Shown piece by piece: positions 18,909 to 28,687 of a stretch of DNA of 64,000 bases; the stretch's first letter is position 1; each line of letters begins with the position of its first letter. Position numbers and translations under genes: made by a program. Source of the stretch: Candidatus Omnitrophota bacterium (GTDB lineage: Bacteria; Omnitrophota; Gorgyraeia; Gygaellales; Profunditerraquicolaceae). The stretch is taken from NCBI GenBank assembly GCA_043800555.1, contig JAZDMX010000003.1, positions 175,531 through 239,530 on the forward strand, given 5' to 3'. The notes under the pieces are model-generated. The model ran no database searches, was not told the origin of the DNA, and saw only the letters and a program-made list of their open reading frames with translations.

Positions 18909-20957
18909 ATGCTTATTTTCTTATTGTTAAATATGCTTGTCTTATCCGGCGCATTTCTTATGGCCTGCAGGTTTTTAGAGATCAAAGGCGCCGTTGATTC
19001 TATTATAGCCTTGTTTGCGGTTTATCTTGCCCAGATTGTATTTATCGAGCTTCTCCTGGGGGTATCAACCGTCTTGTGCCTGAAAAATGTTATCTTACTG
19101 GCCGTAGCTTTTTTCCTCGCCGCATATTTGTTGGCCAAAAACAGGCAGGGGGCCAGGCAGCCGTTGAACTTTAGTTTGTATTTCGAGAAGCTGTTAAGTA
19201 ATAAACTCCTTAGCCTTGTTTTCTCCATCGCCGTTTCCTTTGCCGCGGTAAAAATCGTGGTTAATCTCTTGAATCCGCCATTCGGCTGGGATTCGCTTAA
19301 TTACCATTTCACTTTCCCCGTAGAATGGCTTAAGCACGGCAATCTTAATACCCCGATTACGGTATTCGATGATCCTAGCCCGACTTATTACCCTATTAAC
19401 GGAAGCTTATTTTATCTTTGGTTAATAATGCCGTTTAGTTCCGTATTCTTGGCGGATTTAGGGCAGTTGCCGTTTTTTATCATCGCGGTAATTTCTGTTT
19501 ATGGGATTTCCCGGAAAATAGGCTTAAATAAAAAGAATTCATTCTTTGGCGCGCTATTATTTGCCCTTATCCCTAACTTTTTTAAACAGCTGCAAATAGC
19601 CTATGTGGATATAATGGTGGCTGCTTTGTTTTTGGCGTGCGTGAATTATTTACTTATCCTGCGGAAAGAATTTAGCCAGCGTAACGTTTTTATCTATAGT
19701 TTAAGCCTGGGCCTGCTGATAGGGACCAAAACCACGGCTTTACCGTTTAGTATTTTGTTGATTATCCCGTTTTTGGCGGGGTTGGCTAAGAGCGATAAGA
19801 AAATCCGTTTTGGCCTGGTATTCATGTTTTGTATTTTAGTTTTCGGCGGTTTCAGCTATCTAAGGAATTTTATCCAGACGGCTAACCCGGTATATCCGCT
19901 GGATTTTAAATTATTTAATTTGCACATATTTAAGGGCGTCCTGGATAAGTCTGTTTATGCATCGCATTTTACCGGTTCGGATTACTCCCTCGGAAAAATG
20001 CTCTTCCACGAGGGCTTGGGAGCGCAGGCGTTATTCTTGATTTTACCCGGGATTTTCCTGGCTTTACCGGTAACGTTTATTAAAAATAAAAGGAAGCTTG
20101 ATTTTAACTTTTCTTATTTTCTGTTACTGCCTATTTTTATCTATATTGTGTACAGGTATATCGTGCCTTTAGCCAATGTAAGGTATTTGTACGCGATGAT
20201 GGGCTTGGGGGTGATCCTCGGTTTTTATCTGCTGGAGTTGCTGAAAGCCAAAAGATGGCTGATAAGCGTTTTGGTTATTGTTTGCGTTTTGTCTTCTGTC
20301 CCTTCATTAGCTAAGCGCCAGGAATTGGTTTCTGCTATTATCCTTTCGGCGGCGCTTTTCTTGATTCTAATTAATTCCGGTAAAATCAGTTGGTTTAGGA
20401 GAAACAGGGTCTTTTGGGCTATGATTATTGCCTTAGCTACCAGCTTGCTTTTTTGGGCAAAGGGGTTCTATTCGGCAAACGAGTTCCCCCGTTATTATAA
20501 GATGGCAAGGTATTCCGGTTTCTGGCCGGATGCCGCAAAAGCCTGGGATTGGTTAAATATAAACAGCGTGGGAAATAACATCGCTTATACGGGCAGGGCT
20601 GTGCCGTTCCCATTATACGGAAGCGGCCTGAAGAATAACGTATACTACGTTTCCGTAAACAAAACCCAACCTGCGAAATTACATTATTTTAGCGGCAGCA
20701 AGTATGAGTATTGCCCCGGGTTTGAAAGCCTTTCTAAGGCCATAAACCAGGGTAATAATTACCGGGGAAATGCCGATTACGATGTTTGGTTGAGCAATTT
20801 GTTACAGGCCAATACCGATTATCTTTTTGTCTATTCGCTGCAGCAGACAAAAGACACGATATTCCCGGTTGAAGATGCCTGGGCAATTGCCCATCCGGAT
20901 AAGTTTAATCCGGTATTTTCAAACAAGACGATACATATATATAAGGTGGCCAAGTGA
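18909..20957 (+). CDS. Polytopic membrane protein, paralog of 14677..16764; putative GT-C-fold glycosyltransferase
   Basis: Shares LNPPFGWDSLNYHFTFPVEWLKHGNL and the C-terminal YTGRAVPFPLYGSGLKNNVYYVSVN with the paralog. Confidence 0.55.
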   Translation: MLIFLLLNMLVLSGAFLMACRFLEIKGAVDSIIALFAVYLAQIVFIELLLGVSTVLCLKNVILLAVAFFLAAYLLAKNRQGARQPLNFSLYFEKLLSNKLLSLVFSIAVSFAAVKIVVNLLNPPFGWDSLNYHFTFPVEWLKHGNLNTPITVFDDPSPTYYPINGSLFYLWLIMPFSSVFLADLGQLPFFIIAVISVYGISRKIGLNKKNSFFGALLFALIPNFFKQLQIAYVDIMVAALFLACVNYLLILRKEFSQRNVFIYSLSLGLLIGTKTTALPFSILLIIPFLAGLAKSDKKIRFGLVFMFCILVFGGFSYLRNFIQTANPVYPLDFKLFNLHIFKGVLDKSVYASHFTGSDYSLGKMLFHEGLGAQALFLILPGIFLALPVTFIKNKRKLDFNFSYFLLLPIFIYIVYRYIVPLANVRYLYAMMGLGVILGFYLLELLKAKRWLISVLVIVCVLSSVPSLAKRQELVSAIILSAALFLILINSGKISWFRRNRVFWAMIIALATSLLFWAKGFYSANEFPRYYKMARYSGFWPDAAKAWDWLNINSVGNNIAYTGRAVPFPLYGSGLKNNVYYVSVNKTQPAKLHYFSGSKYEYCPGFESLSKAINQGNNYRGNADYDVWLSNLLQANTDYLFVYSLQQTKDTIFPVEDAWAIAHPDKFNPVFSNKTIHIYKVAK

Positions 20958-21652
20958 AGCTTTCTATAATTATCCCCGCGCATAACGAAGAAGAAAACAT
21001 CGGCCAGGTAATTGAGCGAGTGGAAGAAAAAATACGGTTTCCCTTTGATTTGATTGTGGTAAATGACCATTCTACAGACAGGACCGCGGATATTGTCGCT
21101 AGCCTTGCGGAGAAATTCAATAATGTTATTTTGGTTGAGAATAAGTTTGCACCTAGCTTCGCCAATGCGGTTAAAACCGGATTGGCGAGCGCGAAAACCG
21201 AGGTGGTCGTGCCGGTAATGGGGGACCTCTGCGATGATTTGGAGACGATACCGCTTATGCTTGAAAAGATCCTAGAAGGGTTTGATGTCGTTTGCGGGGC
21301 CCGTTATATAAAAGGCGGCTTGAGGCTCGGGGGTTCGCGTTTAAAAGGCCTTTTCTCGGCATTTGCCGGCTGGTCGCTGCATTATCTGGTGGGCATACCT
21401 ACCCACGATATAGCTAATGCCTTCAAAATGTATAGAAAAAAAGTCGTAGATAGCCTGGAGATAGAGTCGAGGGGGTTTGAAATTTCCATGGAATTACCGC
21501 TTAAGGCGTATTTTTTGGGGTTTAAGGTCACGGAAGTGCCTACTATATGGCGGGAGAGGGAGAAAGGCAAATCCAGTTTTAGGATGCTCAATTTGGCCCC
21601 GAATTATTCCCGGTGGTATTTGTGGGCGATAAAAAGAAAGATACGAGGTTAG
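20954..21652 (+). CDS. Family 2 glycosyltransferase, polyprenyl-phosphate sugar synthase type
   Basis: KLSIIIPAHNEEENI...LIVVNDHSTDRT. ATGA overlap with the upstream gene. Confidence 0.8.
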   Translation: MKLSIIIPAHNEEENIGQVIERVEEKIRFPFDLIVVNDHSTDRTADIVASLAEKFNNVILVENKFAPSFANAVKTGLASAKTEVVVPVMGDLCDDLETIPLMLEKILEGFDVVCGARYIKGGLRLGGSRLKGLFSAFAGWSLHYLVGIPTHDIANAFKMYRKKVVDSLEIESRGFEISMELPLKAYFLGFKVTEVPTIWREREKGKSSFRMLNLAPNYSRWYLWAIKRKIRG

Positions 21653-21654
21653 CT

Positions 21655-22332
21655 ATGCCGCTGCTTTCGATAATTGTGCCTATTTATAATGAAGCAAAGA
21701 CCGTTAGGCAGATACTTTCCAAGATTAATTCCGTTAATATCGATAAGGAGATCATTATTGTCGATGACGGATCTACCGACGGGGCAGATAAGATACTGGG
21801 GGATATCCGCTGCGATAACTTAAAAGTTATACACCATATTTCCAACCGGGGCAAGGGCGCGGCTTTTTTGACCGGTTTAGCTAACGCAAAAGGAGAGTTT
21901 GCCATAATCCAGGATGCTGATTTGGAATACGACCCGAATGATTATTTAACGCTATTTGATTCGATAAAGCGTAATAATGCGGATATGGTCCTGGGGGCGC
22001 GGTTTCTTAAGGGTTATCGCGGGCTCCTGATGCATAGGCTGGGGAACAGGTTTTTGACTTATACAATGAATTTTCTTTTTGGCTCCAAGCTTAATGACTA
22101 CGCTACCTGTTATAAGCTTGCCCGGAGGGTTACATTTGAGTCGTTAAGCCTTCGCGCTACGGGATTTGAGGTGGATGCGGAGATAATTTGCAAGGCTTTG
22201 AAGAAAAAACTTAAAATAAAGGAAGAGCATGTTTCTTATCACCCGCGAGCTTATAGTGAAGGGAAGAAAATCCGTTTTAAGGACGCTCTTTGGGCGGTAT
22301 TTTATATGGCTAAATTCAGGTTTATAAAGTAG
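21655..22332 (+). CDS. Family 2 glycosyltransferase, polyprenyl-phosphate sugar synthase type
   Basis: MPLLSIIVPIYNEAKTV...IIIVDDGSTDG. Start taken at the ATG at 21655 just after the upstream stop. Confidence 0.8.
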   Translation: MPLLSIIVPIYNEAKTVRQILSKINSVNIDKEIIIVDDGSTDGADKILGDIRCDNLKVIHHISNRGKGAAFLTGLANAKGEFAIIQDADLEYDPNDYLTLFDSIKRNNADMVLGARFLKGYRGLLMHRLGNRFLTYTMNFLFGSKLNDYATCYKLARRVTFESLSLRATGFEVDAEIICKALKKKLKIKEEHVSYHPRAYSEGKKIRFKDALWAVFYMAKFRFIK

Positions 22333-22355
22333 AAAGGGTCAATCAGGGGGGGGCT

Positions 22356-23591
22356 ATGAAAGAGAAAACCTTAAAAGTGTGCGATTTTGTTATTTATTGG
22401 TCAATTGTCATTATGCCGTTTTCCGTAGCTATCGCTCCCGGAGTTGCCAATACGTTTATCGGTTTATTCTCGGCATTTTTCGTAATCAAGAAGATTATTG
22501 AAAAGAAACCCTTAGGCGTTGATAAGGCGGTATTAGTGCCTTTTATTTTCCTGTTCGTTATCTCCTTGTTTTCTTTCGTAAACTCCGTGAGTTTTAGCGC
22601 AAGTTTTAACGGGATCATAAAATTGCTTAAGTATTTCTTAATTTTCGCGGTATGCTGCCAGGAGATTCGGGATAAGGAACATATAGGAAGAATTGTTTTC
22701 TCGATTTGTTGCGGTATTTCTTTGATGGCTATCGATGCGATTTGGCAGATTTTCTCGGGGTATGATTTTGTCCATGGTAACGCCCTGCAATCCTGCATTA
22801 TAGATTTAGCCCGGCCCACGGCGTCTTTTCCCAATCCTAATGTTTTCGGCGTATATATGACGGCGCTTGCCCCGCTGGCCATCGGGCTGACAATATTTTA
22901 TTTTAAGGGCGGCAAAAGGGCGCTGATGTTTTTAACTAGCCTCCTGGCTATTTCCGGGGTATATTTAACTCTTTCGCGCGGGGCAGGGTTGGCTATTTAT
23001 GCTTCTATTTTATTCCTATCTGTATCCGGAAAGAAGAAATTCTTGACCTTTGCCCTGGTAGCTATCATTATAATTTTTCCCTTTGTAATGCCTAAGCACA
23101 TAAAACAATGGGCAAAAGAAATAAATTATAATCCGCTTGTATTTATGTGCAACCAGGACAGGATCAGTATCTATAGCAACACCGTGAATATGATTAAGCA
23201 TCATCCGTTTCTGGGTGTAGGCATAAATACCTTCTCCAGGAATTACGGAAAGTATAAAACAGAGTCTGCCGAGAAATATGCCCATACCCCGGATACGATA
23301 TACTCGCATAATATATACCTCCAGATGGCGGGAGAAACGGGGCTATTGGGGCTATTTTCGTTTTTGTGGTTTTTATTCGTTGTTTTCAAGCAAGCGATGC
23401 GCTCTTTCCGCAAGCTGGATGATCCATACCTGAAAGCAGCCGCAATAAGTTTAGTTGCCTGTATTATCGGTTTCTTGGTTAACGGGCTTACCGAAACCAG
23501 CCTCTATTATGCCCGCGTGAGCATGGTCTTTTGGTATTTAATAGGAGTTTCACTGGCTTTAGGCAGATTAAGCGTAAGCCATGAAAAATAG
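22356..23591 (+). CDS. O-antigen ligase/polymerase family membrane protein (Wzy_C domain)
   Basis: Polytopic, with the diagnostic SHNIYLQMAGETGLLGL motif of WaaL/Wzy-type proteins. Confidence 0.7.
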   Translation: MKEKTLKVCDFVIYWSIVIMPFSVAIAPGVANTFIGLFSAFFVIKKIIEKKPLGVDKAVLVPFIFLFVISLFSFVNSVSFSASFNGIIKLLKYFLIFAVCCQEIRDKEHIGRIVFSICCGISLMAIDAIWQIFSGYDFVHGNALQSCIIDLARPTASFPNPNVFGVYMTALAPLAIGLTIFYFKGGKRALMFLTSLLAISGVYLTLSRGAGLAIYASILFLSVSGKKKFLTFALVAIIIIFPFVMPKHIKQWAKEINYNPLVFMCNQDRISIYSNTVNMIKHHPFLGVGINTFSRNYGKYKTESAEKYAHTPDTIYSHNIYLQMAGETGLLGLFSFLWFLFVVFKQAMRSFRKLDDPYLKAAAISLVACIIGFLVNGLTETSLYYARVSMVFWYLIGVSLALGRLSVSHEK

Positions 23592-24765
23592 GAGGAATCA
23601 TTTCTTAATCATAGCAGTCGCTATATTAATCAAGTTTTTCTTGTTTGCTTTTATCCTTCAGCATGCCCCGGAAAGCCGCTTTCAAAACGATTCCCGCGAT
23701 TATCTGGAAACCGCTCAATGTTTATCGTCTAGGATGGCCTTTGCTAAGGCCGGCGAGGATGGTTTGCCGGTTTATGAGTATTATCGGACTCCCGGGTATC
23801 CGTTTTTTCTCGCATTCTTGATGGGTGGGCTTAAGCTTTCGGTTAACGGAGTAATATGCGTTCAAATCTTGCTGGCGATATTAGCGGCCTGGGTTATTTA
23901 CCGGGTTGCTTTACAAATTGAACCGCGGATAGCGTTTTTAAGCTCGGCGATATTTATTTACGAGCCTTCGGTTTCAATTTTTTCGTTGCAAATCCTGTCA
24001 GAGGTTTTGTTCATGTTCGTAATGGCCTTATTCTTGTTGAGTTTTATTAGTTACCTGAAAAACAGGAAAATTGGTAAAATCGTGCTTGCTGCGCTGTTAT
24101 TGGCCGCGGCTACCTATGTGCGCCCGATCAGCTATTATCTGGGATGGGTAGTTGCTGTTTTTATTATTTATGCGGGCACCCGCAAGGGTATAAAGAAGGC
24201 AGTAATCCATTCGCTGGCCTTTTTGGTCATTATCTATAGCTTTCTGGGCCTCTGGCAGGAGAGGAATTATAAGCTTTTCGGACAAAAATATTTTTGCAAC
24301 GTAGTTGAATCAGGGTATAAATATTTTGGCTTATATAAAAGTTATTCCAGGGATAAAGACGCGCAAGCCAAGTCAATGGCCCCGGTTTCTTATTATGCCA
24401 AGGTTACGGCGCGTTCGTTCCTTAATCTTATGGCCCGGCCCGGCCCTTTTAAGTACTTCAAATCGAAAACTCTGTCCGTAGCCGGGAACGCCCTAGCTTA
24501 TCCCTGGATGGTTTTTTGGTTGGCTGGTTTGGTTATCGGTTGTCTGAGATGCGGCCGCAATATTTATTACCAGTTTATTATTTTAAATATAGCTTATTTC
24601 ATTGCCGCTTCCATAGGAGGGGTGAGCTTACTGGCAAGCGAGAGGTTTAGGGTCCCAATGATGCCGTTTATTGCGGTTATCTGCGCTTACGGATGGTTAA
24701 CATTAAACAGGAAGAGGGGCTGTTTTTCTGTCTGCGCCGGGAAGAAAAACAGCCCCTCTTCCTAA
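23581..24765 (+). CDS. Polytopic membrane protein; probable ArnT/PMT-like GT-C glycosyltransferase
   Basis: N-terminal TM helix followed by a periplasmic loop, NDSRDYLETAQ, that resembles the DExRY motif of GT39/GT83. Roughly 10 TM segments. Confidence 0.45.
   Translation: MKNRRNHFLIIAVAILIKFFLFAFILQHAPESRFQNDSRDYLETAQCLSSRMAFAKAGEDGLPVYEYYRTPGYPFFLAFLMGGLKLSVNGVICVQILLAILAAWVIYRVALQIEPRIAFLSSAIFIYEPSVSIFSLQILSEVLFMFVMALFLLSFISYLKNRKIGKIVLAALLLAAATYVRPISYYLGWVVAVFIIYAGTRKGIKKAVIHSLAFLVIIYSFLGLWQERNYKLFGQKYFCNVVESGYKYFGLYKSYSRDKDAQAKSMAPVSYYAKVTARSFLNLMARPGPFKYFKSKTLSVAGNALAYPWMVFWLAGLVIGCLRCGRNIYYQFIILNIAYFIAASIGGVSLLASERFRVPMMPFIAVICAYGWLTLNRKRGCFSVCAGKKNSPSS
24709..24763. repeat. Perfect 20-bp-stem inverted repeat (AGGAAGAGGGGCTGTTTTTC ... 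GAAAAACAGCCCCTCTTCCT) overlapping the last 19 codons and stop of the 23581..24765 gene
   Basis: Exact reverse-complement arms with a 15-nt loop. The stop codon TAA begins at 24763. Confidence 0.75.
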
Positions 24766-24777
24766 TTTACCGGAAAA

Positions 24778-26337
24778 GTGAATATTCTAGGAATATCTTG
24801 TTTTTGTTACAATAGCGCCGCCTGCCTGCTTCGGGATGGCGAAATCGTAGCGGCAGTTCGAGAAGAGCGTTTCAGCCGGAGGAAATACGATTCCCGTTTT
24901 CCCCGTCAGGCTATTGATTGGTGCCTTAATTATGGCGGCGTCAACCTAAATGGCCTGGATTATATAGCCTGCAGCCTTGATAATATTGCCGGTAAGCTAA
25001 TGGCCAGCTGTAATTTTGGTTTAACCTTTGGCGCAAAAACAAAATTCTTCCCGCCCCGGGATTCTTTTCTTTCTGGCGCTTTTTACCCGTCTCCTTTTAA
25101 TGAATCGGCAATCCTGGTTAATGCGGCAGGCGCAAGGCCTCTCTTTGGCCATGGCATAGGAAACCGGATCCATAAGCTCGATAAGGCAAATTATAAATTT
25201 TCTTTAGGCTTGTTATATTCGGCGGTTAGCCGTTACCTGGGTTTTAATAACTACGGGGATGAATTTAAGGTAATGGGCCTGGCAGCTTACGGAAAGCCGA
25301 AATATAAGGATATTATCTTAAAGTATAAAGAAAAATCCCCTTTTTATTTATCGGAGCGGCGAAAGGGTTTTTCCTCTTTTTTGGCTTGGTCGCGCGGGCC
25401 CGGAGGCATAACCCAATACCATATGGATGTAGCCGCTTCATTGCAGGAAGCCGCTAGCCAAGAAGTTTTGCAGATTACTCAAGGCCTGCATAAGGAAACT
25501 AAGAGCGATAACCTTTGTTTGGCAGGAGACCTGGCTTTAAATTGCCTGATTAATTCCGATATAATCAGGCAAGGTTTGTTTAAGAATATCTGGATCCAGC
25601 CGGCAAGCGATAATGCCGGCCGCGCAGTCGGGGCGGCGTTATCCGTTTGGTATGAAAATAACGGGCGTGACGCCGGGCGCCTAAACGATATGATGCAAGG
25701 TAGCTTGCTTGGCCCGGCATACAGCGATGCTTATATCGAAAGCTTTCTAAAAAAGGCGGGCGCTTCCTATAGAAGATTAGCTGACTCAGAGATAGCCGTA
25801 GCCGGCTCGGATTTAATCGCGCGGGGAAAGATCGTCGGCTGGTTTCAGGGAAAAGCCGAGTTTGGCCCGCGCGCCTTAGGGGACCGTTCAATACTCGGAG
25901 ATAGCCGCGATTTGAGCATGCCTAAGAAACTGAATCTTGAGGTAAAGATGCGGGAGCCTTTCCGGCCGTTTGCCCCCAGCGTATTATGGGAAAAGTCGGG
26001 TGAATATTTTGATTTTGACAGGGAGAGCCCGTATATGCTGTTTACCGCAAAGGCCAGAGCCAACAAAAAGAATGAGATTCCTGCGGTAGTGCATGCGGAC
26101 GGCTCCAGCCGCCTGCAAACCATTAAAAAAGAAGATAATCCCTTGTTTTATGATTTACTAAATGAATTCTATAAAAAAACGGGTTGTCCTGTTATAATAA
26201 ATACGTCGTTTAATGCCGGCCGGGAGCCTATGGTTTTGACTCCCGAAGATGCCTATAGGTGCTTTAAGTCCGCAAAGATTGATTGTTTGTTTTTGGGGCC
26301 TTTCTTGTTAGAGAAAAGCCCGCCTGGCTGCGGGTAA
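24778..26337 (+). CDS. Carbamoyltransferase (NodU/CmcH family)
   Basis: N-terminus MNILGISCFCYNSAACLLRDGEIVAAVREERFSR (Kae1/YgjD-like fold). C-terminal carbamoyltransferase domain PAVVHADGSSRLQTI. Confidence 0.85.
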   Translation: MNILGISCFCYNSAACLLRDGEIVAAVREERFSRRKYDSRFPRQAIDWCLNYGGVNLNGLDYIACSLDNIAGKLMASCNFGLTFGAKTKFFPPRDSFLSGAFYPSPFNESAILVNAAGARPLFGHGIGNRIHKLDKANYKFSLGLLYSAVSRYLGFNNYGDEFKVMGLAAYGKPKYKDIILKYKEKSPFYLSERRKGFSSFLAWSRGPGGITQYHMDVAASLQEAASQEVLQITQGLHKETKSDNLCLAGDLALNCLINSDIIRQGLFKNIWIQPASDNAGRAVGAALSVWYENNGRDAGRLNDMMQGSLLGPAYSDAYIESFLKKAGASYRRLADSEIAVAGSDLIARGKIVGWFQGKAEFGPRALGDRSILGDSRDLSMPKKLNLEVKMREPFRPFAPSVLWEKSGEYFDFDRESPYMLFTAKARANKKNEIPAVVHADGSSRLQTIKKEDNPLFYDLLNEFYKKTGCPVIINTSFNAGREPMVLTPEDAYRCFKSAKIDCLFLGPFLLEKSPPGCG

Positions 26338-26393
26338 GCGGGTTTTGCCTTACGGCAGCCGCAGGCAAAGAAGCGGTTTTTGTGAAATTCGGA

Positions 26394-27293
26394 ATGATTA
26401 AGAACATTTTAGCCATACGCGATGACAGATTCGGAGAATTCTTGCTTAATATCCCGGCTTTTCGGGCATTAAAAGAGTCGTATCCCGGAGGAAATCTTAC
26501 TTTAGCCGTAAGCCCTGGGGTTAAAGAACTGGCCGAATGTATTGAATGCGCCGATGAAATAGCGGTTTGGGATGATGGTTTCAGGGGAAATTTAAGAAAA
26601 CAGAAATTTGATGTTTGCGTTGTTTTAAATCCTACGCAAGAGGCCCACTGGGCTGTTTTTCGGGCAGGGATCCCCCGGCGGATTGGTTATAACAGGAAAT
26701 GGGGGATTTTATTGACCCATAAGATGCCGGATAATAAATGCTTGGGCCTTAAGCATGAAGTAGAGTATAATTTGGATTTGGTTGCCTTGATTGGCGCAAC
26801 AACCGCTGATAAGGCGGTTTGTTTGGGTAAACTGCCCCAAAATGATAAGGCCCAATATGCCGGGGCAATTGCGGTGCACCCTTTTACCAGCGATAGCCTG
26901 AAACAGTGGCCAATTGAGAGGTTCAGGGGCCTGGCGCAGCGTATTGCGCGGGAGCTTAAGCTAAAGGCGGTAGTAGTCGGAGCGTCGGAGGAAAGTAAGG
27001 AGTTTGATAATTTGGGAGAGAATGTGATTAATTTGATTAACAAGACTTCCCTTGTTGAACTGGCGCAAATCCTTAAACAAAGCAAATTGCTTGTTTCCTG
27101 CGACAGCGGCCCGATGCATCTGGCCGCGGCAGTGGGGACGCCGGTCGTGGCGCTTTTTAGGAATGATTTACCGGGAAAAACTGCCCGGCGCTGGGGGCCC
27201 TGGGGCCAAGGCCATAGCGTGATAGAAAAAAGCAGTCTTTGGGAGATAACGGTTGATGAGTTGTCAGATAGGATAAGGAGTGTCTTGCAGTGA
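26394..27293 (+). CDS. Family 9 glycosyltransferase (ADP-heptose:LPS heptosyltransferase-like)
   Basis: IKNILAIRDDRFGEFLLNIPAFRALK ... SCDSGPMHLAAAVGTP. Start taken at the ATG at 26394, downstream of the carbamoyltransferase stop. Confidence 0.8.
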   Translation: MIKNILAIRDDRFGEFLLNIPAFRALKESYPGGNLTLAVSPGVKELAECIECADEIAVWDDGFRGNLRKQKFDVCVVLNPTQEAHWAVFRAGIPRRIGYNRKWGILLTHKMPDNKCLGLKHEVEYNLDLVALIGATTADKAVCLGKLPQNDKAQYAGAIAVHPFTSDSLKQWPIERFRGLAQRIARELKLKAVVVGASEESKEFDNLGENVINLINKTSLVELAQILKQSKLLVSCDSGPMHLAAAVGTPVVALFRNDLPGKTARRWGPWGQGHSVIEKSSLWEITVDELSDRIRSVLQ

Positions 27294-28687
27294 ATTACGC
27301 GGTGATTTTAGCCGGGGGAGTGGGAAGCAGGTTTTGGCCGTTTTCGCGCGAGCTTGAACCAAAGCAGTTTATCCGCCTGTTAGGGCGCAAAAGCCTTTTG
27401 CAGTCAACTATCCAGCGCTTAAAGGGCGTTGTAGAGCCGGCGCGCACCTTTATCATTACGAATGATATTTATTTTTATGAAGTTAAGGCGCAGGTCGCCA
27501 AATTCAGCATCCCGGATAAAAATATAATTTTAGAGCCGCTAGGCAAGAATACCGCGCCGGCTATCGGGCTTTGTGCCAGAATAATCAGCCGCCTCGATGA
27601 AGATGCGGTCTTAATAGTTTTGCCTTCCGATCACTATATTAAGAATGTTGAGAATTTTAAGCAGGTGCTAAAGAAAGCGGTTTTAAGCGCCGAAGGTAAT
27701 TTTTTGGTTACGCTAGGGATTAAGCCGACTGCCGCATCCACCGGATATGGGTATATAAAAGTAGATTCCAGGCGATCGCTTTGCAAGGTAGAGAAATTCC
27801 TTGAGAAGCCTTCTTTAGATAATGCCAGGAAATATTTTAAGGATGGCCGGTTTTACTGGAATAGCGGTATGTTTATCTGGAAGGCAAGCGTCTTCCTGGA
27901 AGAGATGCGCAAATACCTGCCGGAATTGTCCAGGCAGTTAGGCTCGATTAAATCGGTTAAAGAGGTTAAAAGGATATGGCCGAAGATTAAGCCCATTTCG
28001 GTTGATTACGGGATCATGGAGCATTCCCGGCGCATTGTCCTGATTCCCGCTAATTTCTACTGGACGGATTTGGGCAGTTGGGATGCCTTATCGGAGGTAT
28101 TCCCCAAAGATAAAAAAGGGAACGTAGCTAACATCGATACGTTGAATCTGGATAGCCGGGGAACCTGCGTCTTCTCCCGGGGTAACCGGTTGATCTCTAC
28201 CATCGGTGTCAATAATATGGTTATCGCCGATACCCCTGATGCCTTGCTGGTCTGCGCTAGGAATAGGACCCAGGAGGTAAAGCAGTTGGTCGCTAAATTG
28301 AAGGCGCTTAAGCGCAAGGAGCATCAGGTGCATTTGACCGAGCGCAGGCCCTGGGGTTCATTTACGGTGCTGCGGGAGGCTGGCGGCTTCAAGATAAAGA
28401 TTATCGAAATATCCCCGCGTAAACGCTTAAGCCTGCAGTTGCATAATAACCGCGCCGAGCATTGGGTGGTTGTTTCAGGCATAGCCAGGGTAACCCGGGG
28501 TAGGGATGTTTCTTTGGTGCGCGGCAACCAGAGTATTTATATACCCAAGGGCAAAAAACACCGCCTGGAGAATGTTTCAAGCCGGCCGCTTAGGATTGTG
28601 GAAGTGCAGACCGGAAACTATCTTGGCGAAGACGATATAGAAAGATTTGAAGATGATTTTAAAAGAGAATGCAGGCCAAAATCCTAA
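27290..28687 (+). CDS. manC: Mannose-1-phosphate guanylyltransferase / mannose-6-phosphate isomerase (bifunctional, type II PMI)
   Basis: N-terminal nucleotidyltransferase AVILAGGVGSRFWPFSR. C-terminal cupin HNNRAEHWVVVSG. Confidence 0.9.
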   Translation: MNYAVILAGGVGSRFWPFSRELEPKQFIRLLGRKSLLQSTIQRLKGVVEPARTFIITNDIYFYEVKAQVAKFSIPDKNIILEPLGKNTAPAIGLCARIISRLDEDAVLIVLPSDHYIKNVENFKQVLKKAVLSAEGNFLVTLGIKPTAASTGYGYIKVDSRRSLCKVEKFLEKPSLDNARKYFKDGRFYWNSGMFIWKASVFLEEMRKYLPELSRQLGSIKSVKEVKRIWPKIKPISVDYGIMEHSRRIVLIPANFYWTDLGSWDALSEVFPKDKKGNVANIDTLNLDSRGTCVFSRGNRLISTIGVNNMVIADTPDALLVCARNRTQEVKQLVAKLKALKRKEHQVHLTERRPWGSFTVLREAGGFKIKIIEISPRKRLSLQLHNNRAEHWVVVSGIARVTRGRDVSLVRGNQSIYIPKGKKHRLENVSSRPLRIVEVQTGNYLGEDDIERFEDDFKRECRPKS

